Positions 30,877-41,800 of a stretch of DNA of 64,000 nt are shown piece after piece. Source of the DNA: Candidatus Obscuribacterales bacterium (lineage in GTDB: Bacteria; Cyanobacteriota; Vampirovibrionia; Obscuribacterales; Obscuribacteraceae); NCBI GenBank assembly GCA_965228855.1, contig CBDDIJ010000005.1, positions 1,184,001-1,248,000 of the forward strand, in the 5' to 3' direction. The stretch's first letter is position 1. The number at the start of each line of letters is the position of its first letter. The notes below the pieces were generated by a model, which saw only the letters and a program-made list of their open reading frames with translations, was not told where the DNA came from and did not search any database. Made by a program: the position numbers and the translations under genes.

Positions 30877-33800
30877 ATGAATTTCGTCCAGATCATCGCC
30901 ACGCTTCGCAAGTTTGGTAATTATCTGGCGGGCATTTTCCCAGCCCTTGTCGGAGTCGTAGACTTCTTTTCAAAACAGTTCCAAAAGATTCTCAAACACC
31001 CGCTCATCGCCCCCTGGTGGGACAAATTCGCGGCCACGCCTTTTGCAAAATCAGTTTGGAAACTATTAGAACGCTTCTATTGGCGGACCTATTCCAAAGA
31101 TCGCCTCGACCTCGAAGAAGCGCCTCCCGCGACCCTTGGCCTGTTACGCCCGTTATTTCAAATCTGCGCATTGATGTGTGTTCTCATTCCGTTAACTCAG
31201 TTTGAGATCTGCCCGGTGACAGTCGAAGCTTTTTCCGGATTCAAGGGAGACGCGCCCGCCTGGTCTGTTTGGCTGTGGCTTCTATTTCTTCCATTTGCCT
31301 GGGCCGCCTTGCTGGTAGGCACAGCTATTTCAAACAGAATCGCATTTTCGCTGACGGCGATCGCTGCAGCGAACGTCGTCATGACGACCGTGATCCTGAT
31401 GCCGAGGAGTTTTTTCAACACCCTCCTGCCTGCCTCGATACTAATAGGTTTGGCGCTTTGCGAGAGAACGCTGCCACGTACCACGCGTACGAACAAAATA
31501 ATGAGCGCACTGAATCTGGCTATATGCGGTTCGGCAGCTGCCATACCGCTTATCATACTTACGCCGATTCGCCCCTGGCTTGGCACCTTTGTGAAACTCC
31601 CCGGCGAATACATCAGTATCGGAGGCGGTATCATACTCGGTGTTTTATTAGGAACAGGTGTTGGTTTATGGTCTCGGCTACCGGAAAACCATGAGCGTCC
31701 GTTCTTCCTTAGAGGGGCGGCCATGAGTCTTTCAGGCTGCGTTTGGACAATCGTATCACTTCTTACGGTTTTCCTTTTCGCCGGAGTCGGTCGCGGAGAT
31801 CTCGGTCAGTCCGGCGGTTTAATACTTACATCACTGGAGCTAACCACCTCGTATCTATGGCCCATCTGGTATTTCATCGGCGTCGGTATTCTGCATAAGC
31901 TAATGGGCAGCAGCAAAACGTTTGCATCAGCCATTGAAGGAATGCTGCCGCGCGTAATATTGGCACCGCTTCTGGTGCTTGGTCTCCTGGCCGCCCTGCT
32001 GTTCGCACTGAGCGAACGCTTATGCCTTTTTCTCTCGGCGCCCACAACTGCACCAGCCCTGCAAGCGACTTTGCCCTTCTTCTTTCAAATGTACAATGTT
32101 TCAAAACCGTACATATGGAGCAATCCGCAAAACGTCATTTCAGTTCATTGGTTGACCTGGGTTTTACTATTCGACGGGATCGTCATTTTTGTTCTAACAG
32201 TCCAGAAGCGACTTACCAGCGCAGCACTCGTTCGCCTGTTGTTTCTCACCGCCTTCGCTGCGCTACTGATCTGGGAATACGTTTTTCAAATGACGTCATT
32301 TATCAGAGCGCCAGGGCATTCGGTAACAGCATTGTTCTTCTTTGCAATCTGGCTGCTGTGGCTAATGCACACAGTGGGCTGGGGAGTTAGTTCGAAATCC
32401 TCGCCATGCTGGCCCTCAGCAGGCAGGCTGGCGATTTACAGCGGAATCGCCACGATTGCTCTTCTCGATATTCACGCTCGCTCTGCCTGCAAGGACTTCA
32501 AGCTCATGAACGAGCTCTTCCTGACGATGTTTCGTGGCGTCATTGATGTGGGTTTGCCATACTATTTTCTAGTTTGGACTTCTAAAAAAGTCGAGAACAT
32601 TCCTGTCAAAATCTCTACTTTACTTGGGCTCTTTTCGCTTGGTGCACTGGCTTCTTTCCTGTTCAACGCGCTTGAAAAGCTTGCCGCCGCAAGTTGGAAT
32701 GTTCCCGGAATGTTGCGCCTGGTCAATCTGCAATATGAACAGCTGAAGAACACAGGTTCTCCGAACATTGACATAATCGTGCCACCTGAATGGTTCTTTA
32801 TTCGCGCCCTTCTCTACATCGCGTTGCTCGCGCTCGTTTACCTTATCGCGCGCATCAGAGTGGAGGGCACCGCCCGCGGTTCGCAAACGATATTGTTTGT
32901 CCTCGTTGCTTTTGCAAGTGGCATTGCCTCGTTTTCAAAAACGCTTTTAGAGCTGCCGATCCCGGGCGAGGCGAGGGCACTTATTGCTCCGAGTTCGCAG
33001 GAGCTGCTGTTCAACTGCAATTTGTTTCAGTCTTACGCTTCTTATTGGATCCCCGCGCTTATACTGGGCGCAGCACAAATCGGCAAAGAAAGCAGAACTC
33101 TGCTGTTCGCTATTCTGACACCGGTGGCGGTGGCTGCTCATTTTGCAATTTCCTGGCTTTATGGAGAACAAGAAGTCTACCTGCGAGCCTGTGATTCACT
33201 CTACCTTGTGACAGCAGCCGTCGCGGGCATTTTTGTGATTCTAGTCGTCATTGCGCTCGAAAGACTCAAGCCTTCCGAATTTGATGAGACGAAGCCTGAA
33301 TTTGTTTCACAATCAACGCTTCTGACGCCAAAAACCTTTGCGGCTCTGGTTCTCACGGCCGGATTGATCGTTGGAAGCATGGCTATTGTCAAAACTAACA
33401 TAAGTCTCGAAGACCGGCAGCTGGCGGCTCTGGATCATCTTGTTGCCATGCCGCCATCCTGGCAAGACCAGGCGAAAACTGGAGCCCCTTCGGACCAATC
33501 CATTGCAACTTTCATGCGCCCGTCCGAATCCACGGGCGTCTCGCTGATGCAAATCGGCACCGTGCCTAGCGACCCGGCAGGAACACAAGCTCTTTTGAAA
33601 CAACTGCTCCTGAAAGCTGTTCAAAGTGGAATGTATCCAAACTTCGCAGTACTGGGCATCGAGTCATGGGGCAGATATTGCCCCAATGCCCTGTCATGCT
33701 CATTCTCATACGACACTCTCCAAGCACCGGTGTCTCCCCGCTCGGGAATTTCGATTCTCATTCCGCGAGACGGAGGCAAGACGGAGTTTTACACAGTACA

Positions 33801-33885
33801 CACGAATCCGTCAGACATAGCGATTGAACAAGCTCAGCTTGCCCTGATGATTAGAAAAGTGCGCGATAAATTGCAGCACCGATAA
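30877..33885 (+). CDS. Large polytopic membrane protein with soluble C-terminal domain
   Basis: 1002-aa ORF with roughly 20 or more hydrophobic segments by eye; no family recognised. Confidence 0.75.
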   Translation: MNFVQIIATLRKFGNYLAGIFPALVGVVDFFSKQFQKILKHPLIAPWWDKFAATPFAKSVWKLLERFYWRTYSKDRLDLEEAPPATLGLLRPLFQICALMCVLIPLTQFEICPVTVEAFSGFKGDAPAWSVWLWLLFLPFAWAALLVGTAISNRIAFSLTAIAAANVVMTTVILMPRSFFNTLLPASILIGLALCERTLPRTTRTNKIMSALNLAICGSAAAIPLIILTPIRPWLGTFVKLPGEYISIGGGIILGVLLGTGVGLWSRLPENHERPFFLRGAAMSLSGCVWTIVSLLTVFLFAGVGRGDLGQSGGLILTSLELTTSYLWPIWYFIGVGILHKLMGSSKTFASAIEGMLPRVILAPLLVLGLLAALLFALSERLCLFLSAPTTAPALQATLPFFFQMYNVSKPYIWSNPQNVISVHWLTWVLLFDGIVIFVLTVQKRLTSAALVRLLFLTAFAALLIWEYVFQMTSFIRAPGHSVTALFFFAIWLLWLMHTVGWGVSSKSSPCWPSAGRLAIYSGIATIALLDIHARSACKDFKLMNELFLTMFRGVIDVGLPYYFLVWTSKKVENIPVKISTLLGLFSLGALASFLFNALEKLAAASWNVPGMLRLVNLQYEQLKNTGSPNIDIIVPPEWFFIRALLYIALLALVYLIARIRVEGTARGSQTILFVLVAFASGIASFSKTLLELPIPGEARALIAPSSQELLFNCNLFQSYASYWIPALILGAAQIGKESRTLLFAILTPVAVAAHFAISWLYGEQEVYLRACDSLYLVTAAVAGIFVILVVIALERLKPSEFDETKPEFVSQSTLLTPKTFAALVLTAGLIVGSMAIVKTNISLEDRQLAALDHLVAMPPSWQDQAKTGAPSDQSIATFMRPSESTGVSLMQIGTVPSDPAGTQALLKQLLLKAVQSGMYPNFAVLGIESWGRYCPNALSCSFSYDTLQAPVSPRSGISILIPRDGGKTEFYTVHTNPSDIAIEQAQLALMIRKVRDKLQHR

Positions 33886-34181
33886 GAGAAGCGACACTTA
33901 CATTGAAGATAGTCGCAGTTATTGCATCGCTTTCCGACCTCTATAACTTGCAAAACAAAAACGAGACTAGAGTGGCGATTTGGGTACAAGACTTATATGA
34001 GGAATCCAGGTATCAATTCTCAGCGGTATCTGTAAAGCCGACTGCTTGTCGACTTTGGAGTCAAAGTTCAAAACGTTATTTGTGCCTCGCGCCGAAAACA
34101 ACGTCAGGTATGCGTTGCGGTTGTGGCACTAGACGCGGTGGCACGACTACAGTATGCTTAATCCCAAGGAATCGTCAGAGA

Positions 34182-34571
34182 GTGGATGATTTGAATTTGA
34201 GCGCAGAAACGCCGGACGTACAGACAAAACCGGTAGACCTGGATGTGCTTTTCGCCACATTTGGAAAACAACTTATTGCAGACTTGCTCGCGGATTACGT
34301 ATTGGAAGCCGACGAGCGCATGGTGCAGCTTTCCGGTGCAATCAGAGACCGGGATATCGAAGCCGTCAATCAGTATGTCCATGATTTAAAAGGCTCCAGT
34401 GCCACCATATACGCTACCGAGCTTACCGAGCTAAGCACCTCTATGGAAGCTTATGCCCGCGGTCAGGAATACACATGGGAAAACATGAGAGAGCGACTCG
34501 ACGCTATCGAGACTGCCTGGAAAGTTACCCGTGAGTTTCTGGCTGTGAATGGCTATTGTGATCCGAAATAG
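34182..34571 (+). CDS. Stand-alone Hpt (histidine phosphotransfer) protein
   Basis: VHDLKGSSATIYA Hpt motif. Likely start GTG 34182 (AAGGA upstream) rather than 33903. Confidence 0.82.
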   Translation: MDDLNLSAETPDVQTKPVDLDVLFATFGKQLIADLLADYVLEADERMVQLSGAIRDRDIEAVNQYVHDLKGSSATIYATELTELSTSMEAYARGQEYTWENMRERLDAIETAWKVTREFLAVNGYCDPK

Positions 34572-34596
34572 TTTCACTTTCGAGTAGAAACACTTC

Positions 34597-35202
34597 TCAA
34601 AACAGCTTTGCGGGCGGGCAGATCCAAAGCACATTCCCACCAAGTTCGACTGCGACCGGTAACCTGGTATCAGGGTCTACGAAACCAGAAACTGTTGTAG
34701 TCTCATTGACTATCGGCTCAGGCTCGACGGTCTGCGAGTTCTCATCGCCGGCCGGAACCAACGGAAGCTCCGGCAACTCACTCACACAACTTTTGATAGA
34801 CTCGATAGGAATGACCTCGAACCTCTCCACTCCGTCGCCGACAGCAAGGTCTAAAACACAATTCGTACCGCCGCCTTTCTGACTGACCCTGTATGCTCCC
34901 GTCATCAGCAGGTCTTGCTTGGCACCGGATTTAACCAGATCCGATGATCGCTGCAAAAACTTCATTCGTTTCACAGCAAGGAAATAGGCCATCACGAGGA
35001 AAAGCGGTATTTGCAAAATAAAAGCCGTCATCGCCTTCAATAACAACTGATTTTTTGCCAGGTGGGCCAAGCCCGACGGTGAGCCGTAAAATGCAAAAAA
35101 TGTTAAAGCCGGAAGAACGGAGGTAAGGACAAGACCCGTCGCTAGAAACATGTAGCGCAGATAGAGATCCTTCAAATCTGAATGTACGGTTTCGCCTATC
35201 AT
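34597..35202 (-). CDS. Hypothetical membrane protein
   Basis: Two N-terminal TM helices and a soluble C-terminal domain. Confidence 0.65.
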   Translation of the reverse strand: MIGETVHSDLKDLYLRYMFLATGLVLTSVLPALTFFAFYGSPSGLAHLAKNQLLLKAMTAFILQIPLFLVMAYFLAVKRMKFLQRSSDLVKSGAKQDLLMTGAYRVSQKGGGTNCVLDLAVGDGVERFEVIPIESIKSCVSELPELPLVPAGDENSQTVEPEPIVNETTTVSGFVDPDTRLPVAVELGGNVLWICPPAKLF

Positions 35203-35297
35203 CCAAGCAATTCCATTCGGCTAATTCATTCACCCATGATACTACGGCCAAAACCAACCTCCTCAAGAAGTGGTTATCGAACGATTACAACGCAGAT

Positions 35298-38240
35298 TTA
35301 TTGGACTAAGTTGTTCAGCAGACGCGCATGTTTTTCAAGATCGTACGCAGCCGACGCTGATAGTGTTGTCAGCTTGGAATGGGCACCTATCACTTCGACC
35401 TCGAATTCTTGCTGTGTCGCATCAAGCAACTCAAGCCCGGATGAAACCATTCCAGGAAGTCGCAACTCAGAGGAAAGCTCACGATCCATTCGATGAAATC
35501 CCTTTTGACTTATGGTCACACCTGCAGACGAATTGGTTAAAAGAACACCCATATCAAACGAGTTCAAATCATAGAGTTTCGCCACAATCAAATCCGCAAG
35601 AACCCGTCTCTGCTGCCGTTTTAAAACAGCCTTATCCGCCGCTTGGAACACCTCCAGGGACAACCCCATCGCCAACAATTCACGACAATAACGCAGATCA
35701 TTTAACGCCAACTCGCCCGCCAGGACCGCGAGCCGTCTCCATAGCGAAGCATTCTCCTCGTTTAAAACGGGAATTGGGCACTCTTCGATAACAAAGTAAT
35801 TAAGGTTGTTGCCGGCCATTTTTCTGCGGATTACATAATCAAATACAAAGCTATTCAGACACGCGCAAAGAGCCAGCGAGTATTCGAGCGGCGAGAGCAA
35901 ATTGTTATAAGAGCTACCGGCTTGCAGTTTTAAGACCGGTACCGAGTTGCCGCACGCCACCGCTGACAGTGCTGATGCAATCATGGTCCTGGCATTAGTC
36001 GCACTCCCGACCGCCAGAAAACCAATCTTAAGATCCGTTGGTGAGCAGCGCTGCAAGAAATTGTCCTTGCTGACCAAATATTGTGGTCCCAGACCGCACG
36101 GGAAAGCGGCATCGTTTTCGATGCGACAGCCAGCGCCCTGTCCTGCACCACCTGTCTTAATCCAAACCGCCCGCCTGCCTCGTCCGGATATCCAGCGCTT
36201 TTCGTTCGAATTGAACTGTCCAAGCATTCGCCCCTCATACAGCGGCATGAATACGCTTTCCACATCGTTGAGGTGAATGAATCGCTCCCGACTCGATGAA
36301 ACAACGAGTTGCTCCTCATCGGGCACGAACTCCGCTTGCGAGCAGGTTGAAGTACACTGGCGCCACCCACCGGAAAGCCAGTTTCCATAGCAATCTTGCA
36401 AATAACCCAGCTCCTCTAAGTGGTCGCGTTCGCGAAACAAGTGCGAGTCCAACGTCATGTCGAATTCCCGCTTGTACTCCAGTTGGAAGCCACCATTTAT
36501 GGTGCTACCGAGTAAATCCGCAGAGCTGTAAATCTTTTCAATCAGGCTGAACGCAGCGAGATTTTCCACCTCCGGCAACACTGACCACTTCGGGCTTAAC
36601 GCTTCGATTGTCGAGGCATCCTGTCTGCAAATCGCTCCGCCGAATTCAGTTTCGACAAAACTGGTTTTGCCACCTCTAGTGGCGACAAAAAAACAATATT
36701 TGAACGATCGATGAATATCGAATGTACGATCGGAATTTTCAAATCCTACTAATTTCGTCCAAACATTTCGCTCGATCAGCAAACGCCGCAGGTCGCGCGC
36801 TCCACAATCAGAATAGATTCCGGACGGCACAACCAGAGCGACGCAACCTCCGGGGCGGGCGAGGTAGAACGCTTGCTCACAGAAGAGCTTGTACAAATTT
36901 GTATCGCCTGCACCCTGGCAGAGAAACGGATGAACTTCATCGGTGCATTGAACCGGGGCTTTCCGTACCCATTGCGCAAACCGTTTGTGCTCTTCTTGCC
37001 GATCGCGCCAGTCCGCCGCCAGTTCCGGATCGCCGCTCAACAATTGCTCTTGCGCGGTAATCGCCTCCTGTTTTCCCAAGGTCCAGTAATCCGGCAAAAC
37101 AGCGCCGAAAAATTCTCGGGAATTCGGTTTCTCGATCTCCCAGGGTGGATTACCGATCACCAGGTCGAAACCGGAATGAGAGCTGGTCTTTGAGAAAACT
37201 TCCGGGAATTCGAATTCCCAGTGGAAAAATTTTTGACGCTTAGTTACGGCACCATCGCTTCCGTTTCCACTCGCCACACCAGCGCTTTTTCTATCCAGGT
37301 TTTGAAACCAGGACGCGCACCATGAATCAAGTTTATCCTTTGTGACGCCGGAGCCTTTCTCATCATGCACCTGATCGATTCGACAGCCGATCAGACTGTT
37401 TCCGACTCGCAGATTCGGGAAATCCACGGATGGATTAAGCGCGTAATTGGCCACCTCCGTCCAAAGACTGAGCCGTGCCGCCTCAACTGCCAGCGGGTCC
37501 AGGTCGACACCATAGAGTACATTCCGCGCAATTGTTTCCGCTTCGATGTCCGAGTGCCTGTTCAAAAACTTCAGCGCCTGAATGAGAAACACTCCGGCGC
37601 CCATCGCCGGATCCACGATTCGCAACCTCGCAACATCGCAATGCTCAGAACCAAAAAAGTTTCCATTTCGCGTAGCAGTTTTCGCGACAGACCCAAGAGC
37701 CTCTTCGACAACACGTGACACTAGATGCGGTGGCGAATAGAATGAACCGCCTCGTTTTTTCGAACGATCTCGAATGCGCGCTCGAAGTTTTAAACCTGAG
37801 TGAGCAGAGTTTTCAAAAGCCGGCACCATAGTCAGTACCGCTTCATAGAGACGCGCTATTTCCTGAGCGATATTCACAGGAGGAGCATCCGTAGCCGCAC
37901 TAATGCTCGACAGTCCCAACAAAACAGCATCTACCGCTCGCGCAATAGCCGAATCGAGAAGCTGTCCTGTTTTCGCCAGACTCTCCGTATTTAGTGTAGT
38001 TGGGGCGCTCAGAAGATCTGAGAATTCAGATGATAATCTCCCCCAATCATGTTGCGGATGCGTCAGACGAATCGCGCAAACCCGAAGCAAAGTCGTCACG
38101 GATTGGTGCCAGGCGAGTTCCATGTCCTGCCAGCGCCCATCTGGTGCCATCCGCTCGCCCAGTAACTCAATCAGCGCTGCTAGCGCCTGGATCTTAGGCG
38201 CTGCAGTCCTTTTCCTTGTGGTCTCACTATTAAGCTTCAC
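35298..38240 (-). CDS. N6-adenine DNA methyltransferase, Eco57I/type IIG-like (DISARM DrmMI-like) with C-terminal target-recognition region
   Basis: GSFYSP (motif X), DPAMGAGVFL (I), YGVDLDPLAVE (II), GNPPW (IV). Also PLYEGRM..QF, SATNARTMI and LNSFVFDY. Confidence 0.85.
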   Translation of the reverse strand: MKLNSETTRKRTAAPKIQALAALIELLGERMAPDGRWQDMELAWHQSVTTLLRVCAIRLTHPQHDWGRLSSEFSDLLSAPTTLNTESLAKTGQLLDSAIARAVDAVLLGLSSISAATDAPPVNIAQEIARLYEAVLTMVPAFENSAHSGLKLRARIRDRSKKRGGSFYSPPHLVSRVVEEALGSVAKTATRNGNFFGSEHCDVARLRIVDPAMGAGVFLIQALKFLNRHSDIEAETIARNVLYGVDLDPLAVEAARLSLWTEVANYALNPSVDFPNLRVGNSLIGCRIDQVHDEKGSGVTKDKLDSWCASWFQNLDRKSAGVASGNGSDGAVTKRQKFFHWEFEFPEVFSKTSSHSGFDLVIGNPPWEIEKPNSREFFGAVLPDYWTLGKQEAITAQEQLLSGDPELAADWRDRQEEHKRFAQWVRKAPVQCTDEVHPFLCQGAGDTNLYKLFCEQAFYLARPGGCVALVVPSGIYSDCGARDLRRLLIERNVWTKLVGFENSDRTFDIHRSFKYCFFVATRGGKTSFVETEFGGAICRQDASTIEALSPKWSVLPEVENLAAFSLIEKIYSSADLLGSTINGGFQLEYKREFDMTLDSHLFRERDHLEELGYLQDCYGNWLSGGWRQCTSTCSQAEFVPDEEQLVVSSSRERFIHLNDVESVFMPLYEGRMLGQFNSNEKRWISGRGRRAVWIKTGGAGQGAGCRIENDAAFPCGLGPQYLVSKDNFLQRCSPTDLKIGFLAVGSATNARTMIASALSAVACGNSVPVLKLQAGSSYNNLLSPLEYSLALCACLNSFVFDYVIRRKMAGNNLNYFVIEECPIPVLNEENASLWRRLAVLAGELALNDLRYCRELLAMGLSLEVFQAADKAVLKRQQRRVLADLIVAKLYDLNSFDMGVLLTNSSAGVTISQKGFHRMDRELSSELRLPGMVSSGLELLDATQQEFEVEVIGAHSKLTTLSASAAYDLEKHARLLNNLVQ

Positions 38241-38417
38241 AAAACCCGCTCACAACCATTCGATTTTAAATCTTCTGACCGGAAAGAAACACCCGTCGGG
38301 TCAACCGGCAATTGCGCAGGAATCGGCTACCTGCTAAATTGGCAGAGTGAGCGCATATTTTTGCGCTCGACAACCGATTGTCATACCCGTTCGGAACCGC
38401 AGAGGCGCATATCAAGC

Positions 38418-38795
38418 ATGGCTATCAGAAAAGTTTTGATTGTCGACGACGATCCGGACATCCGCAAAATCGGACGCCTGAGCCTGACCGGGCTCGGTCG
38501 CTGGGACGTCTGCCTCGCATCCTCAGGCAAAGAAGCGCTGCAACTGGCTCCCATCGAACGTCCTGACGTCATCCTGCTGGACATCACCATGGCGGACATG
38601 GACGGTATCGAGACACTCAATAAGCTCAAAGAGCACCCTTCGACAAAAACCACGGCAGTAATCATGACGGCTACGCGCTTCGACCAGAAAGAGATCGACA
38701 TTTGCGTCCAGCAAGGAGCCGTCGGAATTCTCGGCAAGCCCTTCAACCCGATGACCCTGCCCGCCGAAATTACCCAGATGGTCGAAAGTAACTAG
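38418..38795 (+). CDS. Single-domain response regulator (CheY-like)
   Basis: VLIVDDD, ILLDITM..MDG, TA and KPF motifs. Confidence 0.9.
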   Translation: MAIRKVLIVDDDPDIRKIGRLSLTGLGRWDVCLASSGKEALQLAPIERPDVILLDITMADMDGIETLNKLKEHPSTKTTAVIMTATRFDQKEIDICVQQGAVGILGKPFNPMTLPAEITQMVESN

Positions 38796-38805
38796 CTGCC
38801 AGAAA

Positions 38806-41800
38806 CTACTTTTCGCTAGCTTCCAGAGTTCTGGAAGATGGCGTCAATGGCGGTTTTTTACGAAACTTTCGCTGCGCTGCGTCAAGCGCGATGTATACGA
38901 CCGGCGTGATATACAGCGTCAATACCTGCGACACCAGAAGTCCTCCGACTACAACCAGACCAAGAGACCGCCGCGCATCAGCTCCGGCGCCAAAACCAAT
39001 CGCAATCGGCAGCGTGCCCATCAACGCCGCCATCGTGGTCATCATAATCGGGCGAAAACGCACAAGGCATGCCTGATAGATTGCATCAGCAGGTGCCATA
39101 CCTTCATCTCGCTCCTTCTCAAGCGAGTAGTCGATCATCATAATCGCGTTTTTCTTCACGATACCAATCAACAAAATCAGACCGAGAAAACCATAAACAT
39201 CCAGCTCTTTTCCAAATATCAGGAGCATGCCCAGACCGCCAAGACCAGCGGCCGGCAAGCCCGAGAGGATTGTGACCGGATGCACGAAACTCTCGTATAA
39301 CATACCGAGAATGACGTAGATGATTACTGTGGCAAGAAACAGTAAGAATCCCATGTTTGAAAACGACTGCTGGAACGCTTGAGCCTGTCCCTGGAAGCTT
39401 ACCGAAACCTGAGCCGGAACGGTCTTCTTCGCAATCGCGTCAACAACCTCGACTGCCTGGCCGATTGAAAATCCCGGTCTCAAATTAAACGACACAGTCG
39501 CAGACGGAAACTGCCCCAGATGGTTGACCACAAGCGGTCCTACACCAGGAGTAAGTTCGGCGACCTCATTTAACGGAACCATTTTGCCATTGACGGAGCG
39601 CACATATAATTTGGCAAGCTGAACAGGGTCGCGCTGATACCTGGGCGCTAAACCCATCACGACGCGATACTGATTGGATGGCGCATAGATAGTGGAAATT
39701 TGTCGCTGACCATAAGCGTTGGCGAGCGTCTGTTCAACCTGGTCTTGGGTTATGCCGAGAGTAGCGGCAAGATCTCGATTGACCTTAATATCGATCTGCG
39801 GCGTTCCGGTAAGGACATCGGTCGTCACATCCTGCAAGTCCGGCACGTCCTTCAACTTATCGACAAGCGCATCTGTAGCCGCATACAGAGCTTTGGTGTC
39901 CGGTGACATCAGCGTCACTTGATAGGTGCTCTTCGAAGACTGACCGCCAATTCTAATACTGGGTGGAATTTGTAAAAACGACTTTATTCCAGGAATTTTA
40001 GCCAGTTGAGGCCGAAGCTCTTTGGCAATCTCGTCAGCTTTCTTTGTTCTCTCGTGAAAGGGCTTTAGAGAAACAATCATGCGACCCGCGTTAGCGGCAG
40101 AACCTCCGACACTGGACATCACGCCCTCGACATCGGGATGAGCAGCCACTATCGCAGCAACCGCCTTTTGATGTGTGCTCATAGAATCAAAAGAAATGTC
40201 CTGAGCCGCTTCGGTAGAGCCCTGGATCATTCCGACATCTTCAGTCGGCATGAAGCCTTTGGGTACGAGCGTGAAAAGGTAAGCAGTCGCTCCTATAGCG
40301 ATCACCAGAGTCGACAACGTCATAATCGGATGCCGCAGCGAAACCTTCAATGACTCCTCGTATCGGCGCGCCAACCAGTCCCAGAGTCGCTCCATTCCGG
40401 CTAAGAACCCATGCTGTGCATCGTGAGCTCCCGGCTTCAACCAGCGACTCGAAAGCATCGCAGTCAGAGACAAAGAGACAAACCCGGATACGAGAATTGC
40501 CACAGACATAGTGACGGCAAACTCGTTGAATAACCTTCCGACAATACCTTGCATGAGTAGAACCGGCAAGAATACCGCCACCAGGGACAGTGTCATACTG
40601 ATAACGGTAAAACCGATTTCGCGAGTCGCATTTATAGCGGCTTGAAAGGGAGGCTCACCCATCTCGATGTGCCGAACGATGTTCTCCAGAACGACTACAG
40701 CGTCGTCAACTACGAATCCAACCGACAGAGTCAACGCCATCAAGGTAAGGTTGTTTAAACTGAAACCAAGCAAGTACATCGCTGCAAATGTGCCGACAAG
40801 CGATGTCGGAAGTGCAAGACTGGGAATGATCGTCGCCGGCAAATTTCTCAAGAAGATGAAAATGACCGCTACTACGAGCCCAATTGTCAGTGCCAGTGTA
40901 AATTCAACATCCTCGATCGACGCCCGAATCGAGGTCGTTCTATCGTAAAGGACGTCCATACTTACAGAGCCTGGAATTTGATTCCGCAGTTCCGGCAAAA
41001 CGTCTTTTATCTTATCGACGATCTGAACCGTGTTTGTACCAGGCTGCCGCATGATAGCTAAAACAATGGCACGCTTACCGCTGTACCAACTCGCGACTTT
41101 GTCGTTCTCCACACTGTCCGTAATGCTGCCTAATTCGGAAAGGCGAACGGGCGAGCCATTGCGATATGCCACTACCAGCGATGCAAACTGCTTCGCATCC
41201 GTGAGCTGTCCATTAGTTTTAAGCATGAATGCCGAGTGAGGCCCGTACAACGTTCCGGCAGGAACGTTCACATTTCCAGTTTCAATCGCCTGTCTTATTT
41301 CATCGAAGCTGACGTTCCTCGAAGTAAGCGCATCAGGATCGAGCTCAACGCGCACGGCATATTTTTGAGAACCGAAAACATTTACCTGCGCCACACCGCC
41401 AATCATAGAAAGACGCTGCCCTACAGTGGTTTCCGCATACTCACTGACCTGATAAAGCGGCAAAGAGTCAGAACTTAGAGAGAGAAACAAAATCGGCGAA
41501 TCTGCCGGATTCACTTTCTTGTAGGACGGTGGAGTCGGCATCGGAGGCAATATACGCGAAGCCGTGGCAATTGCGGTTTGAACATCTTGCGCAGCTGCGT
41601 CGATATCACGCGTCAGATCGAACTGCAAAGTAATCGACGTACTGCCAAGCGTGCTGCTCGAATTCATCGATGAAATGCCGGATATTGAGGAGAACTGGCG
41701 CTCAAGTGGTGCAGCGACAGCGTTCGCCATTGTTTCCGGATTTCCGCCAGGCAGTGAGGCCGTAACTGAGATGGTAGGGAAATCGATACTGGGAAGATCG

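Noticed and set aside
33903..34181. Long N-terminal extension of the Hpt ORF in the track
   Set aside because: Looks like non-coding sequence read in frame; a better RBS and start lie at GTG 34182.
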